Assembly (NCBI GenBank): GCA_963924565.1
Contig: OZ004615.1
Coordinates: 7,502,001 to 7,566,000, forward strand
DNA length: 64,000 nt
Origin: Ascidiella aspersa
Lineage: Eukaryota
Direction: 5' to 3'
The notes beneath the pieces are model-generated. The model was not told the origin of the DNA. It made no database searches and worked only from the letters and a program-made list of their open reading frames with translations. A program made the translations under genes and the position numbers. Of this stretch, positions 14,801 through 26,800 are shown in pieces (the first letter of the stretch is position 1; every line of letters starts with the position of its first letter).

Positions 14801-17800
14801 CAATTGGCAATTGGCCAAGTACGGTCGATACTAGTAGGAAGTAGAACAAAGATATATAAAATCGCACACAAAAGTTGACTTAAACAGATTAGTTTAGTAA
14901 CTGAGGCTATCTTAATGATGAACTTATTTAATAGTTTTGTTTACTGTCACAAAATCCAAGCCTAATAATCAACGTATTTATTCCAGATGGTCAGAGGACG
15001 AGGGGGTGTTCAGCTGCCAGGCCGAGAACGTTTCCGACCTAGTCTGCAGCACCACCGAAGTTTACGTCGAGCTACCCAAGGAAAAGTTGCTTCAGATCCT
15101 CAACCTGCGGGAACAAGAGGAGACAACGTCCTCTTCCGATAAGAAAAAAACCTCCACCATCAAAGCGCTGGAAAGCGGTGAAAAAAGCTCAGGGGAGACT
15201 GTTTACTTTTACCCGGACTCCAGTGTCGCTTGCCTTGAGTTTCAGCAGGACTTTGACGAAGACGAAGATGATTACTTGGAGCGTCGCGAGCTCTCGCCCA
15301 TATTGGAAGAGGACGAGGAAAACATGTCGGTGATGTCCACATCCACGAGGACACTGAGCAGTGCTCCTCTTCAACCGTCCATCAGGGTGCGGCGCGCGTC
15401 CTTCGATTCACTCCTGTCATTCGAGGCACACGAAAAACTGGCGTCATGCGAACTCTTAAATTCCGCTGCTCTGGCGCCTGAAGATCCTCCACAAGATGCT
15501 GGGTCGTCAGAGGATTCGGATGAGGGAAGCGACTCGCAGGAGAGAGCTTGCAACTCCAGAGCATCCAGCGCCTGTCGCCCGCTCTTATTTGGCTCCGACA
15601 CCGAATCCCTTGTTGGTTCCAGACCTGGTTCGGCCAACAGACTGCGAGCCGGATTCTCCAGAGTCGGAAGCAGGGGCGACAGCTTTGACCTCGAGATGTG
15701 CCCCGAAGTCGAAGAGGTGGATGCCGACGTCGAAGATGACGTCACATTCGACACGGAAAATGGTGACGTCACGAAAAATGGCAATGCCTATATAGACGAC
15801 AAACATTCAGTTTTCCAAACGCTTGTTCCACGTATACAAACGGACGATGACGTGATGACTGACGAGTCACAATATGACGTCAGTAACGAGAGTCGATACA
15901 GTAATGATGTCACAGAAGAAGACAAAAATACCGAAAACTTTGATGTAATGCAAAACGAAACTCAGTGCTTTGACAAAAAGCAAGATTTGGAAAATAAATG
16001 CGAGGCTACAAATCAAGAATCAAAAAACGAGTATGACGAAAAAGAAAACGATTTTGAAGATTATGATGACGTCGGGTCGGACACTGTCTGCAGCAGCTCG
16101 TGCGATTCGGAGCTGAACTTCGACGGCGAAGAATCTGACTTTCAAGAAGATGGTCACTGTGAAGGCGGCGCAAAACCTAGACTATTAGCAATGGATGCTC
16201 TTGCCCTTAACACGGCAAAGACTTGCGACGATTTGCAGTCAACCAGCGGTCTGGAAGTCAACGAAGACGACTTCCTAGGTTACAGACTGGTCTGTCGCCA
16301 GCGCGAGGACTCGGTGTTCGACTTGCAATCGCTGCATGAGCGTCTCACCAAAAGCGCCAGGGCCCTTCCGCAAAGCGAGCAGGACACCTCTTCTTCGGGC
16401 ACCATTGGCGACAATGCAACTGCAGCAAGCTTTGAAGGCGGACGATTTTCAAATGTCGTTGATTTAAATGGAAACGCAAGGGAGCACGTTGTCGTTGTTT
16501 CGACAAAACACGACAATTTGCCGGTCGTGATTTACCCAGCGGACAATAACAACAAACAGTTCGATATCACCTCCGCAGCTGACACCGCTGATTTCGAGAT
16601 CGCAAACGACAACCTCAATTTGACCAAGTTAATTCGGCTAGGCGAGGCAGCCTTTGACGTCATATCCAGCGTCGACGCCGATTTCCACTCGTGCGTGTCG
16701 TCCAACACCGCGACGCCCACTTGCGGATTTCGCACAGACGAATGCCCCTCCGAGGCCGGGTACGAGACACCGCCCGAAGACGGCTCTAAATGGATCACAA
16801 GTGGGCTTAAGTACTTCGAAACCAGTCAGGGCGTCACTTCCGACGATAAAGACTCTGTGTATGAAGAGTGCTCGACGCCGGTGAACTCACCCGGCCAGTC
16901 GGATCTGACTTCAGTCACCGCTTCTGGTTTCGTGACCCCGCCCAAGTTCTACTACGTCATACCGCCCAAGTTTCTCGGCAAGAAGTCGGTGCAAATCTCG
17001 GTGGTGCGCGGCGGCACGGCCATCTTGGCCTGTTCCGTGATCGCCCATCCCGAGGCCAAAGTGGCCTGGTATAAGGACGGTAGGCTGATGGACATTTACA
17101 ACCGCATTTCGCAGCATATTAGCAACGAGGCGCCACAGGAGTGCCTGGAAGAGCACGGTGACCTCCTCTCATGGAGTCCTCCCTGGCTTCCTGTGCAGAG
17201 AGATTGCGACATCGGCTGCCCGCGTCAGCTCGACGTCCATTACGTACTGAAGATAAAGGATGTTTTGCTCAAGGACGAAGGCGTTTATATTTGCAAGGCC
17301 TGGAACGCGGCCGGGGTTGCCACGCGGATCATAAGACTCGATGTGAAATAAAAACGGAGCCAGTCTAAACACTTGGAAACTTGCATGCTGACTTTTTATT
17401 TTAAAAAATTTATTATTGCGTTTTGTGTGTTTTGTAAAAATATCATTGTGATTCCTTAATATATATATATTGGGACTGTTTTTTTACTATTAAAATTGAC
17501 CACAAAGCATGATATCTTGTTTAGGCCCAGTGTGGAGTGCAATATCAGATTGATAAACCGTTAATAACTTATAATGCTGTATTTCATTTCCTTGCCCAGA
17601 TTCGCTCAGTAGCAGTTTGGACGCGGGTTCGGTTACTTTAGAGGAAAGCGGTTTCTACCAGCATTTCGAGCAGAAGTCAGCGACATTCAGCGAAAGTGAC
17701 CAGTCTCACAACGTTCTGTTCAGCCAGGCCGCCATGACCATGAAAACACAGCGCTCATCGCTGCGCGCCAAACCCATCTTTCTGCGACCTCTATGTGACG

Positions 17801-20800
17801 TCACTGTGCAGGGCGGCCAATCGGCGACGCTCTCGGCCGAAGTCCGTGGCATTCCGAACCCTCTGATAACCTGGTTCCACAACGGCCACGTAATCCGAAG
17901 CGACGAAAACTACCGCTACGTGAAACAGGGAGAAAAGCACCAGCTGGTGGTTCCCCGAGCGAGCGTGAACGATCAGGGCATCATCGGGTGCAAAGCGACA
18001 AATGTGTTGGGCGAATCCACCAGCACTGCTAAGTTAACAGTGCTCGAGTCCATTTTAGAAGGAATCTCGTCGGACTCGGAGCTCAGCGTTGCGCTGTTCG
18101 ACGATTCCTCAATGAACTTAACGGTTGTGGACAGTGTTGAAAGATCTAGAGACTTAACTGCCAGCGAGCTGAACGTGACAGGCGACAGTAAAGTTTCCTT
18201 TGCTGGCTCGTTGTTGATGCAGAACAAAACTTACTCCGAGGAGTTTAGCTTCTCCAGCTTGCCACTCCCGGAACAAAGCGACGGCGTTATTTCCGAGATG
18301 GACGCGTACGGCAATATTTCCGATCAGACCTTGTCCAGTCAACGCGAATCGTTTATCAGCCAAGTTGACGCAAGAACTGATCAAACAGCGAAAAGGTCGA
18401 TTCTAAAGAAGAAGAAGCGCGTCCACATAGAAAAGCGCAGCTTCGGTTCAATGACCGAGAATCTAGTGGAAGAGTCGGCATCTTTGGTCCAGCAAAGCTG
18501 GACCGAGGAAGTGCGGAAAATCATCCGAGAGGAAATGGAGCTGAGAGACGAAAGGAGCCGAGAACTGCTGATAAAAGAATCGAAACAAGAGGATAACACT
18601 CATGCCGATGGAGTTGAATCACTTCCGGTCGCCCAACCGCCGAAATTTGCCAAGGCCATTTCCGACTGTGAAGTATTGGCGGGCGAAACTGCCCACTTTG
18701 TCTACATCCTCGACGCCAGCGCACCGGCGAAGGTGACCTGGCTACGTAACGGTGCCGAAATCGCGCTTTCCCGTGACCCTGCAAACACAACCGACGACGT
18801 GTTTTCGGCGACCGACGGAAACCTGGGGATCATATGCGACGATGAAGCCGGGTGCCTGGTGATCAGTGAAACCGGCCCGAAACACAGCGGGGTCTACGCT
18901 TGCTTCGCTTCCAACGAACATGGCAGCACAAAATGCAGCGGCCGGCTTGTTGTACACGGCGCTCGGAAGCAGCCAAACCTTTCCACGCGAGACGCAGGGA
19001 CATACATAGCAGAGGAGAGCAACGCACAGACTCAAGTGTCAACCCTAGTGGACCAGGAGTCTCAAACCCGAGAGAGTCGCTTGCTGATTGAGGAAGATCA
19101 AATTGAGGTCGCGTTTAAGCAGCTTGAATACGCCGAAAAGTCGCGAGCCGTTTCCGAAGTTATCATACCCTCTTCCTCTCCTCCGCCGCCGAGAGATCCT
19201 CCAACTGATAGTGATCTCAGGAGGAGGAGGAGGAAAAAGAAGAAGAGGCGTGATGGCGACTCGGTCGAACAGAACGTGGGAAGACTGGACGACTTCGAGA
19301 CCGGTGAAGGTTTGAAATGGAGCACCGCTTTAGCGAAGGCAGATTGTCATTGGCATGACTCACCTTGTATAGAAAAAGTAAATTACTCAGCTTTAACGAG
19401 TAAGATCACAGAGGTCTTGGCTCAAATTGCAATGCATTATAACCCAGCAAGAGACAGCACAGCACAGCACAAAATGAGTATAGTTTGTTATGAAAGCACT
19501 TTACCACCATAACCTATACTTGCACTTTACCACCATAACCTATACGTTACAGCACTGATGCCTGACTGTGAAATTAACAACATTCAGGTCTCCAAACAAA
19601 AGGTTAGCTTTACGGCTTAAGCATGTTACCACTTTCTAAGTTAACACAACTCACTTTTATTTCAGTACAATGGAATTGTGTCTAGAGCACTGATTGCTTT
19701 GGCGGTAGTGGCTAGCCTAAAATGGCACCACGTTAAGGTTAGATTTTACCACGCGACGCGCACATATAGGTTACTATAGTTTCGGCTGTTGACTGCACGA
19801 ACCGCACCGGCACACTTCTGATACTTCAGGTGTTGTCACATGTTATAAGGCACCATTTGCACCTTTCTGTGATGCGAGAAAAGCCTACTTTGAGAACTGC
19901 ACTGATGCACCGCTTCGCATTGATACTGTAATTGTTTGATATAAACCGCGTTTCGTTTAAAAGCCCTTCTAACCATCGATAAATTGCTTTACAGAGGAAA
20001 AGCTTCAGCCGCCTGCATTCACTCGCAAGCTGACTGTGACCAAAGCCCGACCGGGCCAAAAGGTTTGATCTCACATTGCATATGCTTATATTTTTGCTAA
20101 AGTTATCCAATGGTTTTTTTGTACCACATCCTGATTACATTATGTTATATTACATTTGGCTATTGGTAAAAACATATAATCTTATAGAAGTATGTCGTAA
20201 TATAAAGATAAAACAATGCGCTTCATTTTTTTGTTATCCTAGATCAAAATAGAGACAGCTTGTTAAATGTTTTGAAATCAAAATGTTTTGTTTTTTAGGC
20301 CAAGCTTTCGTGCACACTGACTGGTTCATCCCCGGTCCAAGTGCAATGGTCACGTGACGATACACCGCTAGAGCATGACGAAACTCGCTACGTCATGAGC
20401 ACCAACGAAGCGGAACCGTTCCTTGAAGTGCGCGAAGTTTCGTTCAGGTAAGCTGCGATAAGTTTCGGCTACAATTTAAAGTAATTTAACTCGACAAGTT
20501 AAAATTCATAATTCCAATTCGTACAAAGAAAGCCTAAAAATTAATAAATGTTTTCTGTACAAAAATGTAGCAAATTTAAATTTATTTTGATGTATTTAGC
20601 GACGCTGGAGAATACACAGTGACCGCTACAAATGTGGCCGGCAGCGCCTCCTGCACAGCGTCTCTAGTGGTCGAAGGTCGGTGATGACGAAATCGACAGT
20701 GACGTCACAGCCACGAGCACGCGTTTTGATTTCTATGTTCGGTCCCAGGAATGCTGCCTTGCGTTGCCGCTTGCTGTTTTACAAAGGGCCTTCGACCTTT

Positions 20801-23800
20801 CGCAAGAAAGTGTCGTGTTTAAAGTTTTTCTTCGCCGCATGCGTCGAATGTTGATTTTCTGCGCAACTGACACTGCTTTTTGTTTGCTCACATTTCACTT
20901 TCTAGCGCAAAGATCGATTTTGTTTATTGGTAAAATGGTGTTATTTGTTTTTTTTGTCACTGTAAAGCCGACGCACTGTGTTGGACGCTCTTTTTCTTTT
21001 GAATTTTTCTTTATTTTATCAATTTTGTTGTTGCACGACTTTGGTTTTGCGCAATTGCGCTTTTTACCCACGCATGTCGCACTGTGTTTACACGTCAACC
21101 GTTTCTACATAATATATAAATATCTCTATTTTGTCGCAAATACAATGATTCCCAGTTTGGCATGGATTCAGCTGCAATTTAAAGTTATTTAACGCTGGAA
21201 TGCAAAATAACACTTTGAACAGTTGTGATGCTGCACGACACCGTGTTGCTACGTAATTTAGAAAGATGCAAGCCAGTTTATACCTTTGGCTATAGAACGC
21301 CACCTTTCTCTTTTTTTAAAGTGAGGCCTTTTTTCTCTATACCTTCTTCTTTTCTTACTTTATTTTCTTCTCTTCTTTTTCACTCTTAGGCGTCGCTCCG
21401 AGCTTTGTGCAAAAGCCGGAAGGTGGCGTGAGAGAGGGCGGCAAGGAGTTCTTACTTGGAGCAGTTATTACTGGGCAACCGGAACCAGATGTGTACTGGT
21501 TTCACAACGTAAGTTCTTTGTTGGCGTTTCAAACTTGCGCAGCCGATATTGGCAATCAAAACCCACTTCAATGTTGGTAGTTAACTACTTAAAGTTCTAG
21601 ACATAAAATCAATAGGTTAAGCCGAATAAAATAAGATTTATTTTCATCCTTTGGCAGAATAACATCCTATTTTGCGGGTTCATCCTAATCGAACTATTTA
21701 CAAATTCTTTTCTCAAATACTCTACTCAACCAAACATTATTTCATACCATTAACCGCCGTTGACGATGTACAGCATTTATACTACAAAAAATGAAATTTC
21801 TCACATGACTTAGCCTCACAACTGCAAAATTATTGCTTAGAGACGAATTAATACCGAAGCATTTCTCTAGGTCTAAAAGCTTAATTAAAATCGCAAGAGA
21901 AGGTAATTTTATAAAATTAATCATACCGTACAACAAGCCTACTTTGAAGCTAAATTAAATATTACGAAAACCTGTAAATAATTTGTCAAAAATGTTTCAG
22001 GATAAACCTTTTGGTATACGATAAAGTGAGCAGGTTAAATTACCAAACATTTTAATTGTCATTCCAACCATCATCAGTGGCTATATTTTTTATTTATTTT
22101 GACACAACTATACTTCTGTAACATTGTAGGTTTACCACAGTAAATCACAATTTTGTCTATATAGTCTTAACGATAAAACAGTGGATTATCATTATTTTAC
22201 GACTTCCCTCGTCCCTTCTGTCGGATCCAACGTCTAAGAGGTATTGTAAAACAGTGGTGGGCCTTTGTTGCATAAACCGTCTGAGTTCCATATCCAGCGA
22301 CCCTCGCATCCTAGCACGGTTTCACCAACACGGCGCGGCACGCGAGCACGCAGCCAGACGTCGTCGCAAATCCAACAGCGTATCGCGCGTTGCGTAACCG
22401 AAGCGTCACCATCTGCGCGGGGCCCTAGTCATGTCGTCACCCCGACGAGGTGCTGACGAAACGATGCGGCATGCTAAAGGCAGCTGACCTAACCCGCGTG
22501 CGTCTTTCGCACCTCCATGCCTCTATATAAGCGACTGATCCATCGCTTTCCTTCATTCGAACAGGGTCAGCCGTTAGCGGAGGACAACAGGAGAAGCCTA
22601 GTCCACGAGGAGGGCGGAGTGTACGGCCTTGAGATTACCGGGCTTACTGTGGAAGACAACGGGGAATACGAGTGCGTGGCCGAGAACGAGGCCGGAGAAG
22701 CGAGATGCAGCGTTAGCTTGAACGTCGAAGGTACACCACCGAAGAATATTAGATGCTAGCTCGGTTGGGTGGGGCGTGCTAGGTTGGGAAAAATAAATGA
22801 TAATAAGTGATGCAGAAGTATTAGGACAATTCCTAAACAATTGTAGGAAAGATACCTAAAAATTGAAATATCTGCAACGAAGTCAATTTCTTGGCTTAGA
22901 GGTTTAAGATGCGCTTGTTGGTAGTTGGTTACTATTCGAAAGAAAAGGCGTCTTCTGTTTTTTTAATATGGTATTAAAGTTGATAATCCTGTGCTTCAAT
23001 TTTAATAGGCCGCTTACCACAATTTTTTGTTTTCTTTAGTCCAAGTTCGATTAGAATTCCCTAAGGTTTTACGTTTAGTTTAGTTTTAGAACGATCTATT
23101 GAGTAAAACATAGCAAATTGAGTAAGTATATAGAGCCCGAAATTAGCAATCAGGATTTAGCCCGCATAGAGTGTATACACCTTTCCTAAAAACTGTTCAG
23201 AAGTGTCTTTGGTTGACGCTTTACGCCAATCTGCTTCGATGGATTCCCAACATCAATCGACATCGGCCGCGGCAGGAATCGAACCACCAACCTTCGTGAC
23301 CGAACCGCGCGGCGAAACCGCAGCAACAGGTAAGGCCTACTGAGCTTACTTAAATGATAAAACATTCCATTAGTAACTATAACGATGATATGTTTCTGAT
23401 ACAATGCAGATAGTGAAAAAAACATTTTTGTAAAACTAAGATGTAGAATTATAATACCACTTAATTGTAATTGTAAACACCGGCAATTTTACTCCAGGCG
23501 ATAGCGTGACGTTTACAGCGGTCGTAGCCGGATCTCCGCAGCCCAAGGTTCAATGGAACAAGGGTAAATGGCGACAGATCAAGAGCTACGGACGCTTCAA
23601 GATCGCGCAGGACGAGGCCACCAACACCCACACGCTCACCATCTCGGTGCTTGACATCCCCGATACTGGAATGTACAGGTCAGGCACCAGAGTGCAATCA
23701 ATAGGCAGTGTTGTGTATCACGCTATAAGCTCAGGCTGATAGTTTATCTATAGAGGCTATAAGCAACTAGGTCGGCTTCAACGACTTGACATGTTTACTA

Positions 23801-26800
23801 TTCCCTAACTATTCTCTTAGTCTTTTAGGCACTTTCAGTTAATCTCCACGTCCATTATTATTTTTTATGCATTGACAATTCAATGGTGAATTTTGTTGTG
23901 TTTAGATGCATCGCGAGAAATAGCGGAGGTGAGGCTTCGTCTCAGTTCGATCTCAATGTGGTCGACGACTACGTGACTGAAAAAATGGACCAGACAGAAT
24001 TGAAAAAGTAAGTGCAACTAACTGATATCCAATAAATCTGTTTGCCAATGCCGATCACAAATTTCAAAATGGTTCGCCTTAAATAACCCTACTCTGAACC
24101 CAGCTAATTCTCCCCTTAAAAACACATTCGCAGAGCACCGGTGAAGGAAAAACAAGTCAGTGACATCGAAACTATCAGCGAGCTGCTGAAGGAAGTGGAC
24201 CCCAAAGAGTACGAAAAATACGCCCGGCATTACGGAATCACCGACTACAGACAACTGCTTTCCCATCTGGAGGAGATGCAGGCTCAGGAAGAGCCGGTAA
24301 ATAATCACCCTTGGCCCTACAGGATAATGTGTATTTTGCAGTGTCCAGCAAACCGTACTTCACATAAGAAAATATATTGATTTTCTATTGTTAAATTGTA
24401 ATGAAGATTATTAAACCGCTTCAAAGAGTCAAAGTCTTGATCCTAACGCTTTACGATTTCAGAAATCGGTTGAGACCGAAGCCGCTGAAGTTCACGACCT
24501 TTACAAGCTGATGACCAGGAGCCTGTCCATCTCGGAGCCGGTCAAGGTTCTCCGCGACCTCACCAACGTCAGCGCCCCGATGGGTGAGGAGGCGCGCTTT
24601 GTCACCGAGCTCCAGATCAACGTTCCAGGAATCGAAGTCAACTGGTTAGTCTAAAAGACGACATTGTTTAAAACAAACTGCTGGTATACACGTAAAAATT
24701 TAATGCGAGTATTTAAGGCCAGGTACGAGTTTAAACACAATTGGGATACTAATACCCGAGTAGCCTGATACAAATGTGACCGAGTAACAAACGTACCGTT
24801 AGTGCTTGCAATTGTTTTATAAACACTGTGCAAATTTGTACTATTGCAAGCGTTAATTGGCTTTTGTAGAAAAGGAATTTGTACAGCTATCTTTCTAAGT
24901 TGGTCAAATAACCGATGTAAACAAATGCCACACAACCGATTCGAGTAGCCTAAGTAATATCCCCTACCTTTGTACAATACACTACTGCTTCGTATGTCTC
25001 CAGGTACCGGGGAAACGAGCGCCTGCACGACTGCAGCAAGTTTGAGCTCGTGCACGACGGCACCATGTACCAGCTAGTGATCAAGAACATGACAGAGGGG
25101 GACGTCGGCGAATACCGCGTTGTTGCCGGAGCACACTGCTCCACAGCCAGCCTAACGCTGTCAGCACCACAAGGTAAAGCCCTTATTGAAGTATTTGCGT
25201 GTTAAATCATTAAATTCGAATTCAGATGTGATTAAGTATACACAAGAAAATAAATCGAGCAACAGGTTTTCATTTTTTGGCCCTCGGTGCTTTTAACGAA
25301 TTTTATCGGTGCTACGAATTATCGATAAATAACAATAGTGTAACATCGAAAAGGCGCCTAAAAATAAAAAAAAAACTTGGTGTTGCGCTTTTTTAAGCAA
25401 AAGCAGCCGAGTCGATTCCTCCCACTGAGGTAAAACCAAAGACAGTGGACAAAGACGAGTCGCCGGTCGTTGCAGTTAAGACCGCAGCCCAGGAGGCAAC
25501 TCAGTCGCTGCCAAAACGCAAACCAGTGATAATGCGGGCTAAGGTGGTCCCGGCCGCCACTACCACCACATCGAAGGACGTTCTTGTGACTTCTAACAAA
25601 TTAAAAACGGTTGAGAAAACAACGCTAGAGCATCTCCATGTGCTTGCTGGCGATGGCTCGGAGCCTCAGCCAACCACTTCGAAAGCGGCTAAAGAACCCA
25701 TTTCGAAACCCGAGGAGGCTGCTGCTGTTGATAAAGATACGTCGACTGCGGTAAAACCAGTGGCTGTAGAGACAGAAGTGGATGGGGCAAAACCGAGGAG
25801 CAGTCCAGAAGCTGCCAAACCTAGTTTGCGTGAGTGTGACACGGTCACCAGTCTCACCCAATACACCACTTGTCATCTCAGCCCTAAACAATTCGGCGTA
25901 AATTATTCTTACCAAACACTTAATCAAACAAACCAAAAATCAGTCTTATTTTTTTAATGGTTTCACTTACCCATCTCCATATTTCATTGCCGCTCCTCGA
26001 CCACAGTCAAAGTATAATCGCTTCTCTTTTTCTTTCATCCGCAGTGAAATTTACAAAGCCGCTGGAGTCGCAGCGCGTCCAGGAGGGCCAGGACGCGACC
26101 TTTGACTGCGAGGTCAACCTCAAGGAGGCAAAGGTCACCTGGCTCAAGGGCGAAGGCAAGTTGCGCAAGTCGCGCAAGTACGAAATCTCGTCGAGCGACG
26201 TAGACAGCGCACCGGGAGCCCGCCATCAGCTGGTCATCAAGGACATGCGACCCGATGACGAGTGCTCAGTGTCGGCGCGCGCTTCGCACGACGAGTACGG
26301 CGATGACGTCACATCGGCCAAGCTGGAATTTTCACCGGAAGGTTGGTCTTTGCGATTTGACTGCGAGATATTAATTTCACAGGTTAAGCGTTTTAGAGAA
26401 ATCAGTGGTCATGCACTGATGTATGATTTACAACACTACAATTACTTTTATTTTTCTTTCCTCAACCCTAAAATTCATCGAATCATCACTCATTTTTTCA
26501 CGATTCTTTCAATACACAAAATCTCGCGCTAAACCGTTAAAACACGAGCAGTCTTCGTGAAGCCCCTTCCCGCCGACCGGAGCATTCACGAGGGCGAGGT
26601 CGTGACACTCGAGTGTGAGCTCACGAACCCGGATCACGACGTGATCTGGCTCAAGGGCGACCGGCGCATCTACCCCGGCTCCAAGTACACCATGGCGCGC
26701 AAGGGCTCGCTTCTTAGCTTGACCATCCACGAGCCGGTTAAGATGGACGAGGCGGTGTACTCGTGCGCCTTAAAGCACAGTCCAATGCGCAGATCCTCTT

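Noticed and set aside
17349-17351. Internal stop as a sign of pseudogenisation
   Set aside because: It falls right after a complete Ig, overlaps AATAAA and can be skipped in frame; all other traced exons are intact
19496-19545. 24-nt direct duplication gcactttaccaccataacctatac
   Set aside because: Simple two-copy intronic slippage with no functional signal
20764-21192. 142-aa hydrophobic ORF as a membrane protein
   Set aside because: Phe/Leu richness follows from T-rich non-coding sequence; no domain or splice support
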